The notes below the pieces were generated by a model, which did no database searches, had not been told where the DNA came from, and saw only the letters and a program-made list of their open reading frames with translations. From assembly GCA_035063765.1 (NCBI GenBank), contig JAPSFT010000010.1, positions 9,660 through 73,659 of the forward strand: a stretch of DNA of 64,000 nt. The letters run 5' to 3'. The stretch comes from Deltaproteobacteria bacterium (lineage in GTDB: Bacteria; Myxococcota_A; UBA9160; PR03). The translations under genes and the position numbers were made by a program. Numbering within the stretch: the first letter of the stretch is position 1; every line of letters begins with the position of its first letter. This document shows, piece after piece, positions 1 through 9,200 of the stretch.

Positions 1-599
1 TCGTAGAGGTGCACGAACAGGAACGAGCGATCGGGCGCAGCGGCCAGCCAGGCGAGGGCGGCGTCGACCACCTGGTCCGCCGGGCGCTCGGCGACGGCGA
101 CACCACCGTGGGACGGGGAGCCGAGCGCGAAGGTGTCGTCGTAGACGTCGAAGCCGCGGGCGAGCCCGAAGCGCTCCGCGAGCACGAAGGACCCGACGAA
201 GGCCGCCGTGGCGTAGCCTGCCTCGCGGAGGTGGGCCGCGAGCGTCGGCACGTCGTCGCGCAGGCGGAAGAGCCCGTTGTGGTGGATGCCGTGCTCGGGC
301 GGGTCGAGGCCGGTCAGCAGGGTGGTGTGCGAGGGGAGCGTGATCGGGGCCGGGGTGATGGCGTTCTCGAAGCGCACGCCGGTGGCGGCCAGGGCGTCGA
401 GCGCCGGGGTGCGCCCGGGGCCGGCGCCGTAGGCACCGACGTGGTCCGCCCGCAGGGTGTCGATCGAGACCAGTACCACCCGCAGCGGCCGCTCGGGGGC
501 GGGGGGCGGCGGCGCGTCCGGCGTGCACGCCAGGGCGCCCGGCAGCAGGCAGGCGACGGCGATCCGTCTGCGCCAGCGCCGCTTCGCGTTTCGCTCCAT
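1..599 (-). CDS. Sulfatase-like hydrolase/transferase (alkaline phosphatase superfamily), probable lipoprotein; truncated by window start
   Basis: Not in the ORF track; read manually. The minus frame from ATG 599 gives MERNAKRRWRRRIAVACLLPGALAC...VVLVSIDTLRADHVGAYG...RTPALDALAATGVRFENAITPAPITLPSHTTLLTG...AGYATAAFVG...RGFDVYDD...FLFVHLYD, a typical sulfatase N-terminus, open to the window edge. Confidence 0.9.
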   Translation of the reverse strand, partial: MERNAKRRWRRRIAVACLLPGALACTPDAPPPPAPERPLRVVLVSIDTLRADHVGAYGAGPGRTPALDALAATGVRFENAITPAPITLPSHTTLLTGLDPPEHGIHHNGLFRLRDDVPTLAAHLREAGYATAAFVGSFVLAERFGLARGFDVYDDTFALGSPSHGGVAVAERPADQVVDAALAWLAAAPDRSFLFVHLY

Positions 600-654
600 T
601 CCCACCCACCGTCCGATCCGACCGCTCGACCGACCGCCGTCCGACGCCACGCCA

Positions 655-772
655 CTCCGCGCCGTGCCCGTGCCCCAGCCGTGCCCGAGCCGTGCCGTGC
701 CCGTGCCCGTGCCGTGCCGCGCCACGCCGCGCCTCGCGCTCCTCACGCCGCGCCGCGCCGCGCCGCGCCGCG
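655..772. repeat. Low-complexity short tandem repeats (CCGTG/CCCGTG run, then (CGCCG)5) in a divergent intergenic region
   Basis: Repeated ccgtg/cccgtg units at about 660-715; cgccg x5 at 746-770. Confidence 0.8.
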
Positions 773-839
773 GAGGCTAGCAACGCGCCCGCCGGCTGGT
801 TCGCTGTGGGCGTGGCGATCGGTCACCTTCCCGCCCTCG

Positions 840-2264
840 ATGGACCGGCCTCCGTCCGCAGCCGAGACCGCGCCCGGGAAGCCCCGACTCGTGCGCCGGC
901 TTGCGCGCCGGCTCGCGGCGTGGTCGCCCGCGCGCTGGAGCCTCGCGATCGGGCTGCCCTTCGGACTGGCCTTCGCGTGGTTCACGCCGCCGCTCCAGCC
1001 GCCGGACGAGATCCGCCATCTCGCCCGCGCCTTCCTGATCGCCGAGGGCTGCTTCGGGGCCGAGCTGCACGAGGGACGCGCGCAGGTCTCGGTTCCGCGC
1101 ACCCTCCTGCGCATGCCGGCGCGGCTCGGCGAAGGAATCCAGATGCATCCCGAGCGGCGCCAGGAGCCCTGGCGCCTCGAGCGCGAGCTCCGCGTCGCCC
1201 TCCGCCCGGAGGTGCGCGAGTGGCGCCCCCTGCCGAGCCTCTACTCACCGCTCGCCTACCTCCCCGGGGCGCTCGGGGTCGGGGCGGCGCGCGCGCTCGG
1301 AGCCTCGCCCGTCGAGCTCCTGTATCTCGGGCGGATCGCCAACCTGCTCGCGTACCTGGTGCTGCTCGCCGCCGCGCTGCGCCTGGCCCCGGCGCACCGC
1401 AGCGCGTTCCTCGTGCTCGGGCTGCTGCCGATGTCGCTCTTCCTCGCCGCCTCGCTCGCGGCCGACGCGCCGACGCTCGGGATCGCGCTCCTGCTCGTGG
1501 CCGCCGTCCTGCGCGAAGCGCAGCCCGAGCGCGGGCCGCTCGGCTGGAGGCCGCTCGTCGGGCTCGCGGCGCTCGCGGCGGCGCTCGGGCTCGCGAAGCC
1601 CGGCTACCTGCCGGTCGTCGGGCTCGCGTTCCTGGTGCCGCGCGCGCGCTTCGGGGGGCGCGCCCGCTGGCTCGCCGCGCAGGGTGCCTGGCTCGCGTGC
1701 GGCGTCGTCCCGGGCGTGCTGTGGGCGGCCTACGTCGCGAACCTCGGCCACGAGCCGCTGGTCCCCGGCGCCGATCCCGGGGCGCAGCTCCGCTGGATCG
1801 CCGCGCACCCCGCCGGCTTCGCCGGCGTCCTCGCCCGGACCGTCCGGGAGCTCGGCTGGCTGTGGGCGACGAGCTTCGTCGGGCTGCTCGGCCACGCGGA
1901 CACCTGGCTCCCGATGTGGCTCTACCGCGCGGCCCTCGCCCTGCTGCTCGCGGTGGCGCTCCTCGACGGCGGGCCGGCGAGCCCCGTCCGTGGCCGGGGC
2001 CGCGCGCTGGCCCTGGGCCTCGCGGGTGCCGGCCTGCTCGCCACGCTCGGGATCGCCTACCTCGGCTGGAACGAGGTCGCGGCTCCGCTCGTGCGCGGCG
2101 TGCAGGGGCGCTACCTCGCGCCGCTCGCGCCGCTCGTGCTCGTCGCCCTGCACGTCCCGCGAGCGCGCCCGCTCCCGCCCCTCCTGCACGGGCTCGTGGT
2201 GGGCTGCGTGGCGCTCTTCCTCGGCGTGTCGGTGCAGCGGGTCCTGATGCGCTACTGGGGTTGA
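840..2264 (+). CDS. DUF2142-family polytopic membrane protein (GT-C-like glycosyltransferase)
   Basis: In-frame ATG at 840 within ORF 9..2264; PPLQPPDEIRHLARA first-loop motif, YSPLAYLP, LLALAKPGY-like segment and GVQGRYLAP; many TM segments. Confidence 0.8.
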   Translation: MDRPPSAAETAPGKPRLVRRLARRLAAWSPARWSLAIGLPFGLAFAWFTPPLQPPDEIRHLARAFLIAEGCFGAELHEGRAQVSVPRTLLRMPARLGEGIQMHPERRQEPWRLERELRVALRPEVREWRPLPSLYSPLAYLPGALGVGAARALGASPVELLYLGRIANLLAYLVLLAAALRLAPAHRSAFLVLGLLPMSLFLAASLAADAPTLGIALLLVAAVLREAQPERGPLGWRPLVGLAALAAALGLAKPGYLPVVGLAFLVPRARFGGRARWLAAQGAWLACGVVPGVLWAAYVANLGHEPLVPGADPGAQLRWIAAHPAGFAGVLARTVRELGWLWATSFVGLLGHADTWLPMWLYRAALALLLAVALLDGGPASPVRGRGRALALGLAGAGLLATLGIAYLGWNEVAAPLVRGVQGRYLAPLAPLVLVALHVPRARPLPPLLHGLVVGCVALFLGVSVQRVLMRYWG

Positions 2265-2340
2265 GCCCGCGCCGGCGGCGGGAGCGCGGGGGAAGGCGGG
2301 GAGCCGGGAGGCGCGGGCCCCCGTGCTAGGGTCCCGAGCC

Positions 2341-4035
2341 GTGCGCGCTGCGAGCGAGGCGATCTCCCGGGTGCGTTCCCTCGACGCGCGCCTCGCCGCG
2401 CTGGCCGGACGACGCCGCGCCTGGGCCGTCCTGCTCGGAGCCTGCCTCCTCCTGCTGCTCCCGCTCTACGCCCCGGCCCTCGCCGGCGCCTTCGTCTCCG
2501 ACGACTGGGGATTCGTCGTCAACAACCCGTGGATCCGCGACCCGACGCCTGCCCACCTGCTGGCGATCCTGCGTCCCTGGGGCCCCGTCACCGAGTACGC
2601 CGCCAACTGGGCACCCGTGCACCTGCTCACCCACGCGTTGCAGTGGCGGCTCTTCGGCGAAGACGTGCGTGGCTACCACCTGACCAACGTGGCCCTGCAC
2701 GCGCTGGTGTCGGTGCAGCTCGTGGCGCTCTACCGGCGCTCGGGCGTGGCGCCGCTCGGCGCCCTCCTCGGCGGCGCGCTCTTCCTCCTGCACCCGGCCA
2801 ACGTCGAGGTGGTGGCCTGGATCTCCGAGGTGAAGACGCTGCTCGCGATGAGCTTCGCGCTCGGCGCGCTCCAGCTCCAGGAGCGGCGGCCCGCCCTGGC
2901 GGTGCTGCTCTTCGCCCTGGCGCTGCTGTCGAAGGCGCTGGCGGTCTTCGCGCTGCCGGTGGCGATCGTGCGGGTCTGGTGCGGCCCCCCTCCGTGCCCT
3001 CGTGCCGGGGAGGTGCGGAGCGCTGCGCGCGCGGGCTGGTGGCTGCTCGCGTGGCTTGCCGTCTTCGCGCTCTACGCGCCGCCCCAGTGGGCCGCCTTCC
3101 AGCGCATCGGGGAGTCCGACCTGGGGCTCCACCCGGACGCCTGGGTGAGCGCGCGCACGATCGTCGCGCTCCTCGCCCGCTACCTGGTGATGGCCGCGAC
3201 CGGCACCGGGCTCTCGGCCTTCCACGATCCGCCCCGGGCCCTCTCGGCGGCGGATCCTTGGTGGCTCTTCGGCGCGCTCGCGCTCGTGCTCTTCGCGGCG
3301 CGGGCGCTCCGCTGCTTCCTGCGCCGCGACGAGGAGGCGGTCTACTGGGCCTGGGCGATCGGCGGCTGGATCCCGATCGCACAGTTCTTCCCCTTCACCT
3401 ATCCGCTCGGAGACCGCTACCTCTACATGCCGCTGCCGGGCCTGGTCGGCGTGGCGCTGCTGCTCGCGCAGCGCGGGCTCGGGCGGCTCGGGGCCCGCGC
3501 GCCGGCCCGCGCCGACGCGCTCGCGGCCGCCGCCCTGGCGGGCGCGCTCGTGCTGCTCGGGGGGCTCACGGCGCGCGTGCCGTCGCGAGCGGCGATCTGG
3601 CGCTCCGAGCCGCTCCTCATGGTCGACGCGGCCCGGAACTACCCGGAGGGCATCCAGGCGTCCCTGACGCGCGCCTTCCGCGCCGGCGAGCAGCACGATG
3701 CCGAGGGCGCCGCCGCCGCGCTGCGGGCCGCGCGCGCGAAGGGCTTCGACCAGTTCGTGGCGCTCGAGCGGGTCCCGGCCTTCGGCCCGATCCTGCGCGA
3801 CCCCGCCTTCCGGGCCGCCCGGGCCGAGGTGGCCGGCCTCTGGCTCGAGCGCTTCGCAGCCCGGCGGCACGTCGCCAACCAGGGGGAGCTTCGCGTGGCG
3901 GCGATGGCCCACGAGGCCCGTGGCGAGCGCGCCGAGGCGATCGCGGCGCTCGAGGAGGCGCTCCGCAAGGACGGCCCCTACCGGCAGACGGTGGCGGACG
4001 AGCTGGCGGTCCTGCGCCGGCAGCCGGCGCCCTGA
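2341..4035 (+). CDS. TMTC/GT-C-like membrane glycosyltransferase (protein O-mannosyltransferase-like) with C-terminal TPR-like helices
   Basis: FVSDDWGFVVNNPWIR, YHLTNVALH, LFLLHPANVEVVAWISE, LALLSK, GDRYLYMP. Start placed at GTG 2341, 8 nt after the extended -10 TGcTAGGGT; the ORF track starts at 2323. Confidence 0.8.
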   Translation: MRAASEAISRVRSLDARLAALAGRRRAWAVLLGACLLLLLPLYAPALAGAFVSDDWGFVVNNPWIRDPTPAHLLAILRPWGPVTEYAANWAPVHLLTHALQWRLFGEDVRGYHLTNVALHALVSVQLVALYRRSGVAPLGALLGGALFLLHPANVEVVAWISEVKTLLAMSFALGALQLQERRPALAVLLFALALLSKALAVFALPVAIVRVWCGPPPCPRAGEVRSAARAGWWLLAWLAVFALYAPPQWAAFQRIGESDLGLHPDAWVSARTIVALLARYLVMAATGTGLSAFHDPPRALSAADPWWLFGALALVLFAARALRCFLRRDEEAVYWAWAIGGWIPIAQFFPFTYPLGDRYLYMPLPGLVGVALLLAQRGLGRLGARAPARADALAAAALAGALVLLGGLTARVPSRAAIWRSEPLLMVDAARNYPEGIQASLTRAFRAGEQHDAEGAAAALRAARAKGFDQFVALERVPAFGPILRDPAFRAARAEVAGLWLERFAARRHVANQGELRVAAMAHEARGERAEAIAALEEALRKDGPYRQTVADELAVLRRQPAP

Positions 4036-4069
4036 TCGGGGCGGGGCCGGTACGCTAGACCCCTGCGCC

Positions 4070-4906
4070 ATGCAGCGCATCGCCGGCCAGGGCTCGCCCC
4101 GGGATCTGGGCCTCGATCAGGGCCGCGCCTGCCGGGAGGCCGTGCGTGCCGATGCCCGGGCGCTCGGCTGGGAGGGCGAGCGGGGCTGGCTCGCGATGCT
4201 GCGCCGGGGGTCTGGTGCCCGCCCCGGCCGCGCCCTCGCCCGCGACCTCGCGCGCCACTTCCCGCACCTCGACGAGCGCGTCGCCGGCCTGGCGGCCGGC
4301 GCCGGCCTGCCGCGCGAGGCGCTCCTGGCGCTGCTCGAGGAGGAGCTCGCCGGCGCGCCGCTCCTTGCCGCCGGCGTCGCGCCCGCCGCCGGCGGCGCGC
4401 CGCGCGTCGTGCTGCGGCTGCGCGCACCGCTTCCGCCGACGGGTCTCGTCGTGCGCGAGGCGCACCCGGACGGGGCCTACCCCTTCCTCGCTCTCACGCG
4501 CCCCGCGCTGGTCGTGGCGCTGGCCGGCGTGAACCAGCGCGGCCTGGCCGGCGCGATCGACCGGCTCGAGGGGCCGGCCGCACGCGGGGGCGGCCGCGAT
4601 CGCTGTGCGGTGTCGGGTGCGCTGCTGCTCGACCAGTGCCTCGAACGTCTCGACAGCGTCGAGAAGGCCCTCGAGTGGTGCGAGCGCAGGCCCGCCGGCG
4701 GGTGCACGCGCCTGGTCTTCGCCGACGCCGCCGGCGCAGCCGGTGCCATCGACCTCGACGGCGAGCGGCGGACGCGCTGCGAGCCGGACGCGCTGGAGCC
4801 CGCCCGCGACGAGCGCGAGGCCTGGTGCGAGCTCGATCCGGCGGGGCGCGCCCTCACCCTGCGCGAGCCGGATCGCTCCGCCGAGCGCCTTGCCCTCGCG
4901 CCCTGA
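4070..4906 (+). CDS. Degenerate peptidase C45 / acyl-CoA:6-APA acyltransferase-like (Ntn hydrolase) protein
   Basis: ATG 4070; GSPRDLGLDQG (N-terminal G..HG-like), LAGVNQRGLA, LLLDQCLERLDSVEKALEW, LVFADAAG pattern typical of C45; no Gly-Cys autoprocessing site visible. Confidence 0.55.
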   Translation: MQRIAGQGSPRDLGLDQGRACREAVRADARALGWEGERGWLAMLRRGSGARPGRALARDLARHFPHLDERVAGLAAGAGLPREALLALLEEELAGAPLLAAGVAPAAGGAPRVVLRLRAPLPPTGLVVREAHPDGAYPFLALTRPALVVALAGVNQRGLAGAIDRLEGPAARGGGRDRCAVSGALLLDQCLERLDSVEKALEWCERRPAGGCTRLVFADAAGAAGAIDLDGERRTRCEPDALEPARDEREAWCELDPAGRALTLREPDRSAERLALAP

Positions 4907-4951
4907 GCCTTGCCGGACGGCGCACCCCCTGGGCGAGGGCGCGGGGCGCTC

Positions 4952-6199
4952 TCAGTGCGCGCGCAGGGGCTCGCCGGCAAAGAGCCGCGCGAGCTGGCGG
5001 GTGGCGGCGTCGGGATGCGAGCGGGCGATCGCGTGCAGGGCTTCGCGTCCCTCCGCTCCCGCGTAGGCGAGCGCGGTGATGGCGCCCGCGGCTTCGCGCC
5101 CACTCGAAGCTTCCGCGAGGGCGCGCAGGCGCGGCACGAGCGCGGAGCCGATCGCGCCGAGGCCCTGCGCGGCGGCGCCGCGCACCCCGAGGGCCGGATC
5201 GGAGAGCGCCTCGAAGGCGAGATCGACGTAGGGCGGATCGCGCGTTGCGACGAGCGCGCGCACGGCCGCTTCGCGTACGACGGGCGCCGGGTCGCGCCGC
5301 GCGAGCGCGGCGGCGCGCGCCGCGAGCGGCGTGCCGGCCGCGCGGCTCGCGGCGACGGCGCGCAGCTCGGGGTCGTCGCTTGCGAGCAGGCGCCGCAGGG
5401 TCGGCGCCGGGAGGCCTCCGTCGAGCTCGGCGAGCGCCTCCCAGGCGGCGGCGGCCAGCGGCGGGCCCCCTTCGCTCCGCGCCGCCACGGCGGGGCGCAG
5501 GGCGGCGAGCCGGTGCGGGCCCGCGAGGCGGAGGAGCGCGAGCCGGAGCGGGACGGAGCGTGCGGGATCGGCGAGCGCGGCGGAGAGGTCCGCGACGGCC
5601 GCTGCGTCGAGCTGGGTCGCGAGGCCCGGGATCTCGGCGAGCCGGGCGGCGGCGGCCTCCGCGACCGGCGGGGCACCCCGCGCCGCGAGCGCCGCGAGCG
5701 CGGAGGCGCCCGGTGCGCGGTCGCGGGCGTCGCCGGCGAGCGCGCGCCAGTGCCGGAGGCCCTGGATCGTGGCGGGATCCGGGGCACGCAGGAACGCGTA
5801 GCCCTCGGCCGCGACCGCGAGCGCGTCGCGCTCCGGGAAGCGCTCGCGCCAGAGCGACCAGCCCGGGAGCGGCTCGAGGGCGACCAGCACGCGCTCGCCC
5901 GCCGCGAAGCGCGTGGGCCGCACGGGAGCCAGCTCCTCCCAGGCGATCCGCAGGCGCTCCCCGCCCGGTACGCCGCGCCCCGGCGCGTCGAGGTCGTCCT
6001 CGACGCGGAGCCACGCGGACCAGCCGCTGCGATCCACGGCGGCGGGCGTCTCGATGGTCCCGGCCACCACGCGCCGTGCGCCCTCGACGGCGCGCAGGAG
6101 CGGGCCGCCGCCCGCGGCCGGGGGCGGCGCCGTGCTCGCCGCCGCGGCCGTGCCGGCCAGCCCTGCCAGCCCGCCGAGCCCGCCGAGTACGGCGAGCAC
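4952..6199 (-). CDS. Exported HEAT/PBS-lyase repeat protein
   Basis: 3' part of ORF 4952..8659: hydrophobic N-terminus, then HEAT-like units (DDPELRAVAA, DPAPVVREAAVRAL, DPALGVRGAAAQGLG). Start uncertain (GTG 6199 or near 6241). Confidence 0.65.
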   Translation of the reverse strand: MLAVLGGLGGLAGLAGTAAAASTAPPPAAGGGPLLRAVEGARRVVAGTIETPAAVDRSGWSAWLRVEDDLDAPGRGVPGGERLRIAWEELAPVRPTRFAAGERVLVALEPLPGWSLWRERFPERDALAVAAEGYAFLRAPDPATIQGLRHWRALAGDARDRAPGASALAALAARGAPPVAEAAAARLAEIPGLATQLDAAAVADLSAALADPARSVPLRLALLRLAGPHRLAALRPAVAARSEGGPPLAAAAWEALAELDGGLPAPTLRRLLASDDPELRAVAASRAAGTPLAARAAALARRDPAPVVREAAVRALVATRDPPYVDLAFEALSDPALGVRGAAAQGLGAIGSALVPRLRALAEASSGREAAGAITALAYAGAEGREALHAIARSHPDAATRQLARLFAGEPLRAH

Positions 6200-6237
6200 G
6201 GCGAGGACCCGCGTGCTCGCGAGGACGCGCGCTGCGC

Positions 6238-9200
6238 TCAGGGCCTCACCACCCACACGCCGGGCGGGTCGAAGACGCCGTTGCCGTCCACGTCGAGGAA
6301 GAGCGCGTTCGTGACGCCGAGCGCACGCACGCCCTTCTCGGCGGCGGTCACGTCCATCAGGTCGGCGAGCGTGGGGTTCTCCGTCGCGACGTCGGTCGGG
6401 TGCGGGTAGACCGGGAACATCGGCGGCGAGACGCCCTGCAGGCCGCGCGCCGCCACCACGATCCACTCGTCCCCGGTGATCCCGTCGAGCCGGAGCGTCA
6501 GGTTCGTCTCGAGCCGCTGCGAGCCGTTCACCGCGACGGTGTCCACCGTGAAGTCGGTCCCGGCGAGCAGCGTCTGCGCCGGCAGCGCGGAGTAGAGGGT
6601 CGGGATGCCGTCGTTGCGGCGGGCGACCGCGGTGGTGGCGTTGCGGTAGAGCACGATGCGGTCGTAGGGCGCCCAGGTGGGGGCCTGGACCCGGATCTCG
6701 AGGTCGACCTCCCCGTTGCCGACGCTGAGCAGCGTCCCCGCTGCGGTGGTTGCGGGTGCCGTCCCCGCCGGCACGACGCCGCCGAGCTGCGCGCTGCCGG
6801 CCGAGCCGTCGGTGGCGAGCAGGCGTGCGGTCAGGAAGACGCCCTGCCCGCCGACCGCCTTGCCGGCGTGGATCGCGCGTGCGATCTCGGCGTCGGAGAC
6901 CGCCGGCACCGCGTCGCTCGAGGCGGGCGTCCAGGTGCGCGCACCGGCGGCCGAGAGGCTGTGGTACTCGTGGGTGTCGGTGTCCGCCACGAAGGTCGCG
7001 GGCAGGCCCTGGTTCAGCAGGTTCATCCAGATCCCGATGCGCTCGCCCAGGAACTCGGTCTCCTGTTTCTGCGCCGAGGCGCCGTTCCACAGCTCGAGGG
7101 CCGGGAAGGCGTGGAAGAAGTTCGGGATCGAGGGGTCGAGCCGGAACATCGCCGGCTCGCCCGGGTCCAGGAACGAGCGCGGCGGGGTCACGGCCGTGTC
7201 GATCTTGAGCGGGTCGAAGTGGCCGTCGATGTGGTTCACCTGCACGACCGTCTCGAGACCCGCGTTCGAGGGGTCGGCCAGCACCGCGGCGTGGATCTCG
7301 GCGGGCGACAGGTTGAAGTGACCGTTGCTCGGGAAGCCCTCGCCGGGCGGCGCCGCGCCGCCGTGGTCGGTGGCGCCCTGGGTCTGCGGCTGCGCAGGAT
7401 CCGGGCCCTGCGGGTAGGCGTTGAAGTGCCCGTAGTCGAAGGTCGTGATCTCCTCGCCCGGCGTGGCGTTCACGAAGGGCGTGAAGCCCCGGCTCGCGAT
7501 CTCGGGATCGAGGTCCGTCACGTGGGCGTGGTCGGTGGCCACGATCGAGTCGACGCCCTCGCCGGCGTAGGACCGGATCCGGGCGCGCCGGCTCACGCGC
7601 GAGTCCTGGCTGTCGATCATGTGCACGTGGTAGTCCGCGGAGATCCAGCCGCTCGTGTCGAGCACGTGCGCGATCTGTGCCGACACGTTCGTGGTGGCGT
7701 CGGCGGCGATCGTCACCTGCTCGGTGTAGAGCGACCACTCGCCGCCGCGCGAGACCGCGATCTGGTAGGTGCCGGGCTCGAGCAGCAGGTCCGCGACGCC
7801 GTTCGCCTCGGTGTACTCGCTGCGCGAGAGGCCGGTCGGCACCGCGTCCTGGCTCAGGTCGTAGAAGAGGTGGGTGCGCGTGTCGTTCGCGGACAGCACG
7901 GTGGCGAACAGGCTGGGCTCGGGGCTCGGGTCGAAGCCTACCACCGAGACGCGGGCGGGGACCGGCTGGCCCGCGTGATCGACGACCGTCACGTGCAGGC
8001 GGCCCGTCTCGGGCAGGACCACGTCCTGGACGGTCGTTGCGCCTGCGGTGAGGGTCACCAGGTGGGTCGCGGGCGCCGCGCCGCCGCCCTCGTAGGGGAA
8101 GCCCTCCTTGGCTGCGGCGACCAGGTAGGAGCCGGCCGGGATGCGGCCGTCGTAGCAGCCCTCGGCGTCCGTCACCCAGTGGGCGCGCAGCAGGTGGAGC
8201 GCCGTGGTGCCGCCGGCGGTGTCGCGGCCGGCCGCGACGCGCGCGCCGGGTAGGGGGTCGCCCGAGGCGTCGCGCACGCAGCCGCGCAGGCGGCCGGTCG
8301 GGAGGCCGTGGACGTCGGCGAAGGCCTCGACGGCGTTGGCCCCACTGCCGTCGCCGATCGAGAACCAGCGCGTGAAGGTGTTGGCACCGCCGGCAGGCAC
8401 CGTGAAGTTCGGCGGGATCCCGGCGCCGAGCACGGCCGGCACCGCGTGCCCGTGGAGCACGAAGGACACGCCGGAGGTCGTGAAGGTGCTCGAGGGCAGC
8501 GCCACGTCGGGCGGCCGGGCGTCGAGCAGCGCGTAGTCGACCCCCTCGGCATCGTCGTAGCCGAAGAAGGACACGAGCGAGACGCCCCAGTTGGCGAGCA
8601 TCTCGCCGACCCCGGCCTGGCCCATCGGGATCGGCGCCTGGTCGGAGAGCGGCGTCCACTGCTCGAGCTCGCCGCCGCCGTTGATGTAGTCGCCGACGTA
8701 GAGCGGGAGATCCACCGCCTCCATGTTCGCGATCGTGGTGCGCAGCTCCACCGTCCGCGTGCCGGGCTCGAGGCGGTACTCGGTGCAGCCCCAGACCTCG
8801 TAGTCCTGGTCGTCCACGCCGGGCGGGAACGTGGCGCCGGCCTGCTCGATCACCGAGGAGGGATTGATGTCGTCGAGCAGGTCGTCGGGGCCGCAGGTGC
8901 GCAGGATGGCGGTGGTGCCATCCGCGCCGTCGTTCAGGATCTCGGCGCTGACGGCGTTCACCACGGTCTCGACGTTCACGGCCGGCTGCAGCTCGAAGAA
9001 GCTCTCGTTGCCCTGGCGCACGCCGTCCTCCACGAGCTCGGCGTCGATCAGGTTGCCGCCCCAGGTGCCGACGAAGATCAGCTCGCGCTGGGTGGGCTTC
9101 TGGACGACGAAGCGCGCGACGTCGTTGGCGAGCAGGTAGTCGTCGGCCGTGCAGTGCGCCAGCGGGCCGGTCGGGCAGTCGGCGGGGTCGTCGATCCGGG

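Noticed and set aside
9-839. 5' extension of the 751-aa ORF 9..2264
   Set aside because: It is the antisense shadow of the sulfatase gene plus the intergenic repeat; DUF2142 similarity begins only after ATG 840.
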